NCBI GenBank assembly: GCA_038243335.1
Contig: JBBSRF010000001.1
Location: 1-50,736, forward strand
DNA length: 50,736 bases
Direction of reading: 5' to 3'
Source of the DNA: Sphingobacteriales bacterium
GTDB taxonomy: Bacteria; Bacteroidota; Bacteroidia; Sphingobacteriales; Sphingobacteriaceae
The position numbers were made by a program, and so were the translations under genes. Below are positions 8,847 through 18,625 of the stretch, in pieces. Numbering within the stretch: position 1 is the stretch's first letter; each line of letters opens with the position of its first letter. The notes under the pieces were generated by a model, which did no database searches, had not been told where the DNA came from, and saw only the letters and a list, made by a program, of their open reading frames with translations.

Positions 8847-9281
8847 ATGTCTGGTATTAATAAAGTTATTTTAGTGGGGCACTTGGGTAAAGATCCAGAA
8901 GTTCGACATTTAGAAGGAGGGGTAACTGTTGCTAGCTTTCCTTTAGCTACTTCAGAAACTTATAACAAGGATGGAAAACGCGTAGAACAAACTGAATGGC
9001 ATAATATTGTGCTTTGGAGAGGTTTAGCAGAAGTAGCATCTAAATATTTACAGAAGGGTAAATTGGTTTACATTGAGGGCAAATTAAGAACTCGTTCTTT
9101 TGAAGATAAAGAAAAAGTAAAGAAGTATGTAACTGAAGTTGTTGCTGAAAATTTTACAATGCTTGGGAGAAAAAGTGATTTTGAAAACACTCCCTTAAGT
9201 TCAGGATCGCCTAAAAGTGAGGATGATTACATTACTCCTACTAATGATTCTGTTGCTGAGACAGGAGATCTTCCTTTTTAA
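8847..9281 (+). CDS. ssb: Single-stranded DNA-binding protein
   Basis: NKVILVGHLGKDPE, TEWH, C-terminal DLPF. Confidence 0.98.
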   Translation: MSGINKVILVGHLGKDPEVRHLEGGVTVASFPLATSETYNKDGKRVEQTEWHNIVLWRGLAEVASKYLQKGKLVYIEGKLRTRSFEDKEKVKKYVTEVVAENFTMLGRKSDFENTPLSSGSPKSEDDYITPTNDSVAETGDLPF

Positions 9282-9298
9282 AATTAAGTCATTTATAT

Positions 9299-9331
9299 TA
9301 AAAACGGCTTGATCATATTAAGCCGTTTTTA
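9299..9331. terminator. Bidirectional terminator between ssb and glmS
   Basis: TAAAAACGGCTT...AAGCCGTTTTTA perfect 12-bp inverted repeat between convergent genes. Confidence 0.8.
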
Positions 9332-9334
9332 GTT

Positions 9335-11173
9335 TTATTCAACTGTTACAGATTTAGCTAAATTTCTAGGCTGATCCACATTACATCCTCTTAGTACTGC
9401 GATATGGTAAGACAGTAATTGCAGTGGTATTGTTGCCAATAATGGTAGAAAAGCTTCACTCGCATCAGGGATTTCAATGCAATAATCAGCCATTTTTTTA
9501 ACTTCAGTATCTCCTTCGGTTACAATTGCCAGCACAATACCTTTTCTGGCTTTCACTTCTTGTATATTGCTTATAACTTTTTCATACGATGAATTTTTAG
9601 TAGCGATAACAATTACAGGCATTTCTTCGTCAATTAACGCAATTGGGCCATGTTTCATCTCTGCTGCAGGGTAACCTTCTGCATGAATATAGGATATTTC
9701 TTTCAATTTTAAAGCGCCTTCTAATGCAACAGGAAAACCAAATCCTCTCCCTAAAAATAAACAATTTCTAGAATCTTTAAATTTCTTTGAAATTTCTTTA
9801 ATTAATTCATTTGATTTTAAAGCGATTTGAATTTTATCTGGTATGCAATCTAACTCTGTTAAAAGCTCAATTAATTTAGATTTAGTAATAGTTCCTTTTT
9901 GTTGAGCCATGTAAAATGCCATTAAGGTAAGCACAGTTACTTGCGCTGTAAATGCTTTAGTAGAGGCGACTCCAATCTCTGGCCCTGCGTGAGTATATAC
10001 ACCAGCATGAGTTAACCTAGGGATTGATGCCCCAACAACATTGCACACTCCAAATATTGTTGCTCCTTTCTCCTTTGCTAGTTCTATGGCAGCCATTGTA
10101 TCGGCAGTTTCTCCAGATTGAGAAATGGCAATAACTACATCTTTTTCAGTTATAATTGGATTTCTATATCTAAATTCTGATGCATATTCAACTTCAACGG
10201 GGATACGTGCATATTCTTCAATTAAATACTCCCCAACTAAACCTGCATGCCAGGATGTACCACATGCCACGATTATAATTCGATCTACATTCTTTAGCTT
10301 CTCTGCAAACTCTTTTATGCCGCCTAGCTGAACATTCCCTTCGTCTGGGTAGATACGCCCCCTCATGCAGTCTCTAATTGATCTAGGTTGCTCATAGATT
10401 TCCTTGAGCATAAAATGCTCGTAACCGCCCTTTTCTAGCGTTTCTAATTTTAATTCTAATTCTTGAACGTAAGGAGTTTGTACTACATTATCTAAACGTT
10501 TAATTAAAAGTTCATCACGTTTAATATGGGCAATTTCATTATCATTCAAGTAAATAACATTCTTGGTATATTCAACAATTGGTGTTGCGTCAGAAGCAAT
10601 AAAGTATTCTCCTTTACCAACTCCAATTACCATTGGACTACCTTTTCTAGCTGCAATAAGCTCATTTGGATTGTCTTTATCCATAATTACAATTGCATAT
10701 GCTCCGTTAACTTCTCTTAATGCTAAACGAACAGCTTCTAGTAAATCTGTATTTTCATTTTTATATATTTCTTCTATCAGGTGTATGAGAACCTCAGTAT
10801 CTGTATCACTATTAAATGTATGGCCTCTATTTTCAAGCTCAGCTTTTATTGTAGCGTAATTTTCAATTATACCATTATGTATAATACTTAACTTTCCATT
10901 ATTTGATGTATGTGGGTGTGAGTTTCTATCAGATGGAGCCCCATGGGTTGCCCAACGCGTATGTCCCATACCTATCGTACCAGAAAGCTCTTTCCCTTTT
11001 GCAAAATTTTCTAGCTCTTGAACTTTACCAGCTTTTTTATAGATGTTTAGCTCACCATTATTAATTAATGCGATACCCGCACTATCATAACCACGATACT
11101 CTAATCTTTTGAGACCTTTAATTATAATTGGCCATGCTTCTCTATAACCAATATAACCTACTATACCACACAT
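9335..11173 (-). CDS. glmS: Glutamine--fructose-6-phosphate aminotransferase
   Basis: MCGIVG, LEYRGYDSAG, GHTRWATHG, SQSGETADT, PRNLAKSVTVE. Confidence 0.99.
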   Translation of the reverse strand: MCGIVGYIGYREAWPIIIKGLKRLEYRGYDSAGIALINNGELNIYKKAGKVQELENFAKGKELSGTIGMGHTRWATHGAPSDRNSHPHTSNNGKLSIIHNGIIENYATIKAELENRGHTFNSDTDTEVLIHLIEEIYKNENTDLLEAVRLALREVNGAYAIVIMDKDNPNELIAARKGSPMVIGVGKGEYFIASDATPIVEYTKNVIYLNDNEIAHIKRDELLIKRLDNVVQTPYVQELELKLETLEKGGYEHFMLKEIYEQPRSIRDCMRGRIYPDEGNVQLGGIKEFAEKLKNVDRIIIVACGTSWHAGLVGEYLIEEYARIPVEVEYASEFRYRNPIITEKDVVIAISQSGETADTMAAIELAKEKGATIFGVCNVVGASIPRLTHAGVYTHAGPEIGVASTKAFTAQVTVLTLMAFYMAQQKGTITKSKLIELLTELDCIPDKIQIALKSNELIKEISKKFKDSRNCLFLGRGFGFPVALEGALKLKEISYIHAEGYPAAEMKHGPIALIDEEMPVIVIATKNSSYEKVISNIQEVKARKGIVLAIVTEGDTEVKKMADYCIEIPDASEAFLPLLATIPLQLLSYHIAVLRGCNVDQPRNLAKSVTVE

Positions 11174-11185
11174 AAATTTTATTTT

Positions 11186-11227
11186 AAAATAAGAAATCCC
11201 CCGAAAATACTTAATTCTCGGGGGATT
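11186..11227 (-). terminator. Terminator-like hairpin between DUF4270 and glmS
   Basis: AATCCCCCGA...TCGGGGGATT 10-bp stem followed by a U-rich tail on minus strand. Confidence 0.6.
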
Positions 11228-11241
11228 ATTAAAAATTATAT

Positions 11242-12651
11242 TTAGTTTACTTTAGTATAATAAATATTTAATTTCATTGTATTGTCTCCAATAGCTGGGT
11301 TCTTTTTAAAACTACCAATTACCGCTCTTCCGCCAGTTGTTAAAGAAGGAGTTAGGTATTGAAACTCATTCAATGAAGTTGGTGCTAAAAAGGTGCCGTA
11401 ATCTTTAGTTTTACCAGTAAGTAAACCTTGTATATGGCTGGTAATAACAAATACATATTGTTTTTTAATTGAATTATAATATCCTCCAAAAACTGTTGGA
11501 TCCAACCCCATGTTACTAGTTGCTGGGCTGTTGTCATCAAGGTTTTGTCTCTTTTCGGCAATATCGTATTTATATAAGACTAAACGCGGTGAGGGTGTAA
11601 ACGGTTTAATATCTGTGCCAGAACTTAAATCGATAACAAGTTCGGCTTTATTAATTACAATTTTCCCTGCCTCAGAAGCAAATTTATTTAAATATGGAAA
11701 CGAAATTTTATTTTTTAGACCCACTAAAGGCTGTAAATAAGTAACATTATATTGCTGATTTGGATTACTTAACTGAGTGGCAATTGCTGTGCCAGCATAG
11801 TCATGCTTTATACTTGCAGCTATAGGGCCAAGAGTAGTAGATATAGGGAAGTTAACAGAAACAGTGTCAATTGCTGTAGTGGTTGTGCCATTTTGTTTCT
11901 TATAATACAGGGTTAAATTAGTATTTAAAGCAGCAAAATCAAAAAACATCAATGCACCATTTCCAGAGAGCCCACTTTTGTTAATTTGTACATATAAACC
12001 TTTAAAAGCAGTAGCAAACTCCTCATCTGTTTTTAAGTTTGCAGTGGTAAGATTTAAAATATTGTTCTGAATAAAAGCATTACTCAATTTTATTCTAACT
12101 TGTGGTGTAACTTTTTTTAAGGTATCTGGTTTTGCGTCTACAATATCTAATATCTTAAAAGGTGTTGTCGGGAATAACTTCCCGCTCCTATTGCCTATTA
12201 CAGTACTATTATATGCATAATCTCTATTATTTAATAATGATGTCTCATTTTTTAAGTTGGAACTTAGTTGATGAACATCTATACTATAGTTTAAAGTACT
12301 ATCTCCATAAAATTCACCACCATAGTTTAAAACTAAAATAGCAGAATCTAAAACTGGATTTGTGCCAAAACTATAAGCATCAGAAGGGAGATTAACAGAC
12401 ATTGCAAGATTAGATTCTGTTATGCCAAAAATTGGATCATTTAAATAACCAAGAGGATGCCTAGTTAATAAATAAGTAGATGTATTGTTATCCAATTCTG
12501 TTCTAGAAACAATTGTAACAGTATCTACTAAGGCACCTTGAACAGCACTTGAAGGGTCTATTTCTAACCCAATTGTAGAGGATTTCTCGCAAGACGAGAA
12601 AATAAAAAGACTTATCAACAAGGTTAATAAGTCTAGTTTTATAAATTTCAT
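11242..12651 (-). CDS. DUF4270 family lipoprotein
   Basis: Lipobox FSSC, DPIFG, FKGLY and C-terminal KLNIYYT; usual Bacteroidota position upstream of glmS. Confidence 0.85.
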   Translation of the reverse strand: MKFIKLDLLTLLISLFIFSSCEKSSTIGLEIDPSSAVQGALVDTVTIVSRTELDNNTSTYLLTRHPLGYLNDPIFGITESNLAMSVNLPSDAYSFGTNPVLDSAILVLNYGGEFYGDSTLNYSIDVHQLSSNLKNETSLLNNRDYAYNSTVIGNRSGKLFPTTPFKILDIVDAKPDTLKKVTPQVRIKLSNAFIQNNILNLTTANLKTDEEFATAFKGLYVQINKSGLSGNGALMFFDFAALNTNLTLYYKKQNGTTTTAIDTVSVNFPISTTLGPIAASIKHDYAGTAIATQLSNPNQQYNVTYLQPLVGLKNKISFPYLNKFASEAGKIVINKAELVIDLSSGTDIKPFTPSPRLVLYKYDIAEKRQNLDDNSPATSNMGLDPTVFGGYYNSIKKQYVFVITSHIQGLLTGKTKDYGTFLAPTSLNEFQYLTPSLTTGGRAVIGSFKKNPAIGDNTMKLNIYYTKVN

Positions 12652-12674
12652 ATATGTTATTAAATAATGCTTTT

Positions 12675-13505
12675 TTAAGCTACTGAAACCAATTCTTCAT
12701 CAGAGATTTCTTCATAAAAAGTAAAGAAGTTCTCGTAATTTTCGGTTAAATTAAAGGCTAAAGTTGGCTTATTAGAATCTTTAACAAATTTTAACACATC
12801 ACTATCTATGTTTTCATCAGCAAATACTACTGCATCTGAATGTGCAATAGCGCCAATGTGTAAACTAGTGTTGTCTGCCTTTACAAACGATTTTGTATCT
12901 TCTTCAGTCATGTTTTGCATCACTGCTTTCTTATGCAAATCAGCATTTAAAGTTTCTGTAAAACAGTTCTCATAAACAGAGTAAACCACTTTAGAGTTTT
13001 TAAATGTTGGGTCGTTTTTATAAGTAGTTTTAATGTATGCAGGAACTAGTGAAGTCATCCAACCATGGCAATGAACAATATCTGGTGCCCAGCCTAATTT
13101 CTTTACAGTTTCTAAAGCGCCTTTGCAGAAGAAAATTGTACGCTCGTCATTATCGGCATAAAATTTATTTTCTTTGTCTCTAAAAACGTATTTACGATGA
13201 AAATAGTCTTCATTATCCAAGAAATATACTTGCATACGTGCCGAAGGAATAGAGGCAACTTTGATAATTAAAGGATTATCGTTGTCGTCTATAATGATGT
13301 TCATTCCAGACAAACGAATAACTTCGTGTAGTCTATTTCTTCTTTCGTTTATATTACCAAATTTTGGCATTAAGATGCGGATTTCAAATCCTTTTTCTTG
13401 CATTGCCTGAGGTAATTGACGTGTAATTTCTGAAATTTTGGTAAGTTCGAGGAAAGGCGACATCTCGTGTGTAACAATCAGTAGCTTCGTTTTTGCCATC
13501 TCCAT
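12675..13505 (-). CDS. Glycogen/starch synthase-like (GT5) single-domain protein
   Basis: IRILMPKFG, DNDERTIFF, PDIVHCHGW motifs; only ~276 aa. Confidence 0.8.
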   Translation of the reverse strand: MEMAKTKLLIVTHEMSPFLELTKISEITRQLPQAMQEKGFEIRILMPKFGNINERRNRLHEVIRLSGMNIIIDDNDNPLIIKVASIPSARMQVYFLDNEDYFHRKYVFRDKENKFYADNDERTIFFCKGALETVKKLGWAPDIVHCHGWMTSLVPAYIKTTYKNDPTFKNSKVVYSVYENCFTETLNADLHKKAVMQNMTEEDTKSFVKADNTSLHIGAIAHSDAVVFADENIDSDVLKFVKDSNKPTLAFNLTENYENFFTFYEEISDEELVSVA

Positions 13506-13546
13506 ATTATATATTAAATTATGTTAATTTAAAGATTATCAAGGGG

Positions 13547-13554
13547 CAAAGGTA
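13547..13554 (-). promoter_or_regulatory. -7 element for GT5-DUF4270-glmS operon
   Basis: Minus strand TACCTTTG. Confidence 0.55.
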
Positions 13555-13649
13555 CAAATAATATTAACATTTATCAACAACTTATGCAATAGGCTTTGTA
13601 AGTTTTGGATAATTGTTCAACTTTGTGCTTTTAAAAACCAACCGTTAAT

Positions 13650-14495
13650 TTGGAAATCATACACACTATCTCAGCATTAAAAATGTTGCTAATTCCTTTA
13701 CAAAACGCAAAAGTTAAAGTTGCACTCGTGCCCACAATGGGCGCATTACACAAAGGACATTTGTCTTTAATTGAGGTTGCACAACAACATGCCGATATTG
13801 TGGTTTGTAGCATTTTTGTAAATCCAACTCAGTTTACAGATCCTAAAGATTTAGAGAAGTATCCAAGGCCTTTAGCACATGATATAAAAATGCTAACTGA
13901 TGCTGGTTGCGATTACGTATTTATGCCAACCGTTAAAGAAATGTACCCAACATTTCCAATAGCTGAAGATTGGGATATAGATTTAGGACCTGCAGAATTT
14001 TTGTTAGAAGGCGAATTTAGAAGAGGACACTATCAAGGCGTAACACAAATTGTAAAAAAACTTTTCGATGCAGTAAATCCAGATATTGCATTTTTTGGTC
14101 AGAAAGATTTTCAGCAGGTGCTGATGATTAAACAAATGGTTAAATATTTTAACCTGCCATTGGAAATTGTTTCTTGCCCTATTATTAGAGAAGTTGATGG
14201 ATTGGCAATGAGTTCTAGGAATATACACTTATCTGCAATTGACAAAAAAAATGCTCTAGTTTTAAATAATGCATTAGCTTATGTAAATACCAATTATAGC
14301 AAATTGGAGTTAGTCGAATTGCTTAAAAATGCAAAAAAGTTAATAACTGAAACATCTGGGGTTAATCTAGATTATTTCACTATTGCTGATGCAGAAACCT
14401 TATTGCCTATACAAAATAAACAAGTAAAAAATCCTGTTGTGCTAGTTGCGGCCAAAGTTGGCGAAACCAGATTAATTGACAATATGCTCATTTAG
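13650..14495 (+). CDS. panC: Pantoate--beta-alanine ligase
   Basis: PTMGALHKGH, SIFVNPTQF, FGQKDFQQ, GLAMSSRN, RLIDN; TTG start. Confidence 0.98.
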   Translation: MEIIHTISALKMLLIPLQNAKVKVALVPTMGALHKGHLSLIEVAQQHADIVVCSIFVNPTQFTDPKDLEKYPRPLAHDIKMLTDAGCDYVFMPTVKEMYPTFPIAEDWDIDLGPAEFLLEGEFRRGHYQGVTQIVKKLFDAVNPDIAFFGQKDFQQVLMIKQMVKYFNLPLEIVSCPIIREVDGLAMSSRNIHLSAIDKKNALVLNNALAYVNTNYSKLELVELLKNAKKLITETSGVNLDYFTIADAETLLPIQNKQVKNPVVLVAAKVGETRLIDNMLI

Positions 14496-14558
14496 TTTTT
14501 ACGCCTAACTGATACCCCCCTATAACAAACTGTAAAACTTAATTATTAACTTTGCTTT

Positions 14559-14909
14559 ATGATTATTGAGATCCTAAAATCGAAGTTACACCGTGTTAAG
14601 GTAACAGAGTCCGAGTTAAACTATGTTGGTAGCATTACCATAGATGAGGATTTAATGGATGCAGCTCACCTCATTGCAAATGAGAAAGTTCAAGTAGTGA
14701 ATAATAATAATGGCGCTCGTTTTGAAACTTACGTTATTAAAGGAGAGCGTGGCACAGGAACGATCTGTTTAAATGGCTCATGTGCTCGTTTGGCTCAAAT
14801 TGGCGATATTGTAATTATTGTATCATATGGCTCTTTGCCTATAGAAGAAGCTAAGAAATATCAGCCTATTCTTGTTTTTCCTGATGAGAACAACAAACTG
14901 CTGAAATAA
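14559..14909 (+). CDS. panD: Aspartate 1-decarboxylase
   Basis: [14 protein letters not shown] self-cleavage site, RFETY, ICLNG. Confidence 0.98.
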   Translation: MIIEILKSKLHRVKVTESELNYVGSITIDEDLMDAAHLIANEKVQVVNNNNGARFETYVIKGERGTGTICLNGSCARLAQIGDIVIIVSYGSLPIEEAKKYQPILVFPDENNKLLK

Positions 14910-14912
14910 AGA

Positions 14913-17312
14913 CTAATTAGCTCTGTTCTCTTCATCGCTTTTTTTGTTCTCTTTTATTTTATAGGTAGAGGTGCCAAAGTTATAGGTTAAGCTAAAAACA
15001 AAACGTTGTGCTGCATTATAGTGATACATATCATTATTGATAATGCTTTTTTCTCTAAAAATTAGCCTTCTTTTAATGTTGTCAAAAGCGTCGTAAAGTG
15101 TAAGTTTAGTGTTAAGTTTGTTTTTGTACCAAGCTTTTTGCAATCCAAAATCAATTCCGTAAACAGGTTTAAAAATATATAAGCCATTCCCACTTTTAGA
15201 TTCGTAGCTATAGCTAACATCCAAAAGCCAATCCTTTAAACTAAAAACCTGACTGCCATTAATAGTATAACTATATACGCCAATACGATACATTTGATTA
15301 TAGTAAGGTGTTAATTCTTTATTGTAATTAAATGATAAATTATGGTTCATTCGCCACCATTTATTAATGGTTAATGGCAAGCTTAACTGCAAATTTGCAA
15401 AATCTCTGTAAGGAATATTTCTCCCTAAGAAGATCAGCTCATTAGTTGCTGGATTGTATTCGGGGTAACGTGTAATCACATCGGTTTCTCTTCCGGCATT
15501 TAATGAAATGTTAAGGGCTTTTTTGCTATAAGCTAAAGCGAAAAGGTTGGTTGAAGAAGGCTGTAAATATGGATTTCCTATCCAATAATGGCGAGCACTA
15601 TAATAAAAACGGAAAGGATTTAATGCCACAAAAGTTGGTCTTGTTAAGCGCTTGCTATAACTAAAGCTAAGTTGTTCAGTATTGCTAATGCTATAAGTAA
15701 TTTTGAGGCTAGGTAACCACTTCAAAAAGTTTCTTTCTGTAACGATGTTAGTAGTTATCGAATTGGCTATTGTGCGTGTATGTTCTGCTCTTAAACTTAA
15801 ATTGTAATTAATTTTATTCCATTTGGCACCATAAGATAAATATCCTGCATTTATATACTCACGATAGCTAAATTGGTTACTGCGGTTAGGGTCTAAGCTA
15901 AATATATTGTTGGCCAAAGTATCATAGCGCAGTTTATTTTCTGTTGTGGTATAGGCAAATTTACTGCCCAGTTCCAATTTGCCAACACCTAGGTTTTGGC
16001 TATAATCTACTTGCGCAGTATGAATCAAAATGTTGTTTCTAGAAATGGTTTTCCAATAATTTAACCTTTCATTACTAAGTGTATTCCAATTATCAATGTC
16101 TTCGTTTTGCCTATTGTCAATTTTTGCTAAAGAAGCAATCATATGTAGCTCACTTTTTTTAAATAGAGCATCGTAATTAAGTCCGCCTGCATAATTATAT
16201 TGTTTTGGAAGGGCATTATTACTGCCATTTATCTGTGCAACAGTTTGCGCTAAATTGTTACTTTGTGTAAGTAAAAGATTGCTTGTGGCTGCATCTCGCC
16301 TTACTTGAAAGGTGCGGACAAAGGCTTCTAAACTTTGTCCCTTTTGCAGTTCGTAGGCTGCCCTAAGTTGTACATTAAAGTTCTGATTAGAGGTAACAGT
16401 TCGTGTATCAGTAGTTAAGGGATTGGTATTGGGCAAATATTGTAAAGCATAGTATTTGTAAAAGGTGCTTCCAGTAGTATGCCCAAGTTTTAAGTCGTAA
16501 ATTAACCGATTTGTTTTGTAGGTAAGCGACAAATTATTGTCTAATAGGCTATAATTATTTCGTTGAAACCTTGCATTATAAGTCCCTCTTAGACCTAAGG
16601 ATTGGTTTCTTTTTAACTTCACATCTATAATCGCTTGATATTCGCCATCGTATTTTGAGGCAGGTTGAGTAATTAACTCGATTGACTCGACCATGTCTGG
16701 AGACAAAGAGCTTAAATAGATTTGAATTTCATCATTACTCATATTTACGGGTTTGCCATCAACAAATAGTGTTGGTGCAGCCCTGCCTGCTATTAACATC
16801 GTTCCATCTTGATTAATTTGTAGCCCAGGCAGTTTTCTAAATACATCGAGCAGATTAGCAGAAGATTTGAAAAAGGCATTATTGGCAACCCTAACTGTCA
16901 TCTGACCATTCTGAGTGCTAAAATTTGGAGGTCCGCTGGTTACCGTTATTTCTTGGAGTGTATTGGCGTCTTCTAACATTAAAATATGGCCTAGGTTTAA
17001 TATCTCGAAGCTTTTTTTACTAATAGAAAATTCTTTTTGTAGTTTTTGGTAACCAACAAATGTACCTGTTAACATGTATGTAACGGTTGATAAGCCCTTA
17101 AATTCAAAGTTGCCCAAGCTATCGCTGCTGGTATATTTTAATATTGTTGGATTATCTTTTTCTGCTAATGCTAAATTAACAAAAAATATAGCTTGGTTAG
17201 TTTTGCTATCAACCATTTTTCCTGTAATAGTCTGGGCATTTAAATGTACGCTTGTAAATAAGGCGAAACATAGTAATATTAATTTCATCTGTTTGATTGG
17301 ATTTTGTGTCAT
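14913..17312 (-). CDS. TonB-dependent-receptor-like outer membrane beta-barrel protein
   Basis: Signal peptide (LNAQ), carboxypeptidase-regulatory-like N-domain, plug IELITQPASKYD, GNPYLQP, terminal LTYNFG; true start may be the second Met (MKLILL). Confidence 0.85.
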   Translation of the reverse strand: MTQNPIKQMKLILLCFALFTSVHLNAQTITGKMVDSKTNQAIFFVNLALAEKDNPTILKYTSSDSLGNFEFKGLSTVTYMLTGTFVGYQKLQKEFSISKKSFEILNLGHILMLEDANTLQEITVTSGPPNFSTQNGQMTVRVANNAFFKSSANLLDVFRKLPGLQINQDGTMLIAGRAAPTLFVDGKPVNMSNDEIQIYLSSLSPDMVESIELITQPASKYDGEYQAIIDVKLKRNQSLGLRGTYNARFQRNNYSLLDNNLSLTYKTNRLIYDLKLGHTTGSTFYKYYALQYLPNTNPLTTDTRTVTSNQNFNVQLRAAYELQKGQSLEAFVRTFQVRRDAATSNLLLTQSNNLAQTVAQINGSNNALPKQYNYAGGLNYDALFKKSELHMIASLAKIDNRQNEDIDNWNTLSNERLNYWKTISRNNILIHTAQVDYSQNLGVGKLELGSKFAYTTTENKLRYDTLANNIFSLDPNRSNQFSYREYINAGYLSYGAKWNKINYNLSLRAEHTRTIANSITTNIVTERNFLKWLPSLKITYSISNTEQLSFSYSKRLTRPTFVALNPFRFYYSARHYWIGNPYLQPSSTNLFALAYSKKALNISLNAGRETDVITRYPEYNPATNELIFLGRNIPYRDFANLQLSLPLTINKWWRMNHNLSFNYNKELTPYYNQMYRIGVYSYTINGSQVFSLKDWLLDVSYSYESKSGNGLYIFKPVYGIDFGLQKAWYKNKLNTKLTLYDAFDNIKRRLIFREKSIINNDMYHYNAAQRFVFSLTYNFGTSTYKIKENKKSDEENRAN

Positions 17313-17403
17313 GATCCAAAACTAGATGTGAAAAAAATTAAACAGGTGCTGATTTTAAGATTTAGGAGTTCGGAATTATAATTTCCAACTAGGGTTAAGC
17401 TAA

Positions 17404-18471
17404 TTAAGTAGCCAATAATTGCTCTTTATAAAGCATAGGTGTCATATGTTTGTGCTTTTTAAAGGCAGCGTAAAAAGTAGATTTAGAATTAAAGCCAACC
17501 TCATAACCAATAGCTTCTAGCTTAATTCCTCCGTCTTTTACAATTAATAGGCAAGCCTCATTTATTCGGTATTCATTAATATAAACAGCAAAACTTTTAC
17601 CTAAATTATCATTCAACAATTGCGAAAGTTGATGGCTTGAGGTGTTAATCGTTTTTGCGAGGTCATGTAGTTTTAGATCAGGGTTTTTATAAAGACTTTG
17701 CTCAATAATAATTGTATTAAGTTTATCAGTTAGGCTGATGGCTTGGTTATCAGGTATTTTTTTATTCGCATAACGTTCCAACTCCTCGCTTACAGAAAAA
17801 ATTGTATTTGTTTTTCTTCTGCTCATAAATAATGGGATATTGAGATATAAAAGTACCGAGAAAAAGAGTGAGCCGGTGATATAAATATTTTTGTAAAACC
17901 CTATAAAAACAACTACAAAAGCGGTATTAATGACCAAATTACCTAAGTATATGAATATGATAGTTTTGTCTGTTTGCGATGTTTTTTCGGAAGTAGAAAA
18001 AAGATTAGCTACTAATTTTCTGATTTGCCAACCAGATAACAAGACATAAATTATCCATTGGATATAAATTACTTTAACTATATAATGATTCCAAGCATAA
18101 GGATGACTTGCATACGGTAAAATAATTCCCAAAATTATAATGGCGAAAATCCAAAAGCAGTAAGTTGACTTCCAAATAACTGGTGTTTTTTGAACTTGGT
18201 TTAATGCTGATTTAATGAAGTAATATAAAGATGGTCCGATTAAAAGACAACAACTCAAACCGATCTGAAGGTAAATTCGCGGTAAATCTGGATAAAAAAA
18301 TAAAAAAATCGATTTGCCAATCCTAATGCTTAGCATTAATAATAGTAAGCCTAAAAAAATAGAAGCTGGCGACTTTGATTTTTTAAAGATAAGCAAGTAA
18401 ATGCTAATGATAAGCCCATTAAATATACCTAAGGCACTAAAGAAAAACAAAATTTGTTGACCTAAGTTCAT
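17404..18471 (-). CDS. Membrane-bound AraC family transcriptional regulator
   Basis: About 7 TM helices then AraC HTH (LSQLLN, YINEYRINEA, GFNSKSTFYAAFKK). Confidence 0.93.
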   Translation of the reverse strand: MNLGQQILFFFSALGIFNGLIISIYLLIFKKSKSPASIFLGLLLLMLSIRIGKSIFLFFYPDLPRIYLQIGLSCCLLIGPSLYYFIKSALNQVQKTPVIWKSTYCFWIFAIIILGIILPYASHPYAWNHYIVKVIYIQWIIYVLLSGWQIRKLVANLFSTSEKTSQTDKTIIFIYLGNLVINTAFVVVFIGFYKNIYITGSLFFSVLLYLNIPLFMSRRKTNTIFSVSEELERYANKKIPDNQAISLTDKLNTIIIEQSLYKNPDLKLHDLAKTINTSSHQLSQLLNDNLGKSFAVYINEYRINEACLLIVKDGGIKLEAIGYEVGFNSKSTFYAAFKKHKHMTPMLYKEQLLAT

Positions 18472-18549
18472 TTAACAAAAATAACAATACTAGCTTAACT
18501 TCATTATAAATTATCGTTTATCATTTCATTTTCTTTTAATAAGCACAAA

Positions 18550-18575
18550 AAATTACTATGGTTGCATAGTAATTT
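18550..18575. promoter_or_regulatory. Palindromic operator upstream of acyl-CoA dehydrogenase
   Basis: AAATTACTATG-GTTG-CATAGTAATTT perfect 11-bp inverted repeat just upstream of -7 TAAATTTG (18589-96). Confidence 0.65.
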
Positions 18576-18625
18576 AACAAAGAAATACTAAATTTGGCAA
18601 ATCTATATTTTTATAAATCATAATT

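Noticed and set aside
11174..11241. glmS ribozyme upstream of glmS
   Set aside because: Spacer is only 68 bp and is occupied by one simple hairpin; no room for the ribozyme core
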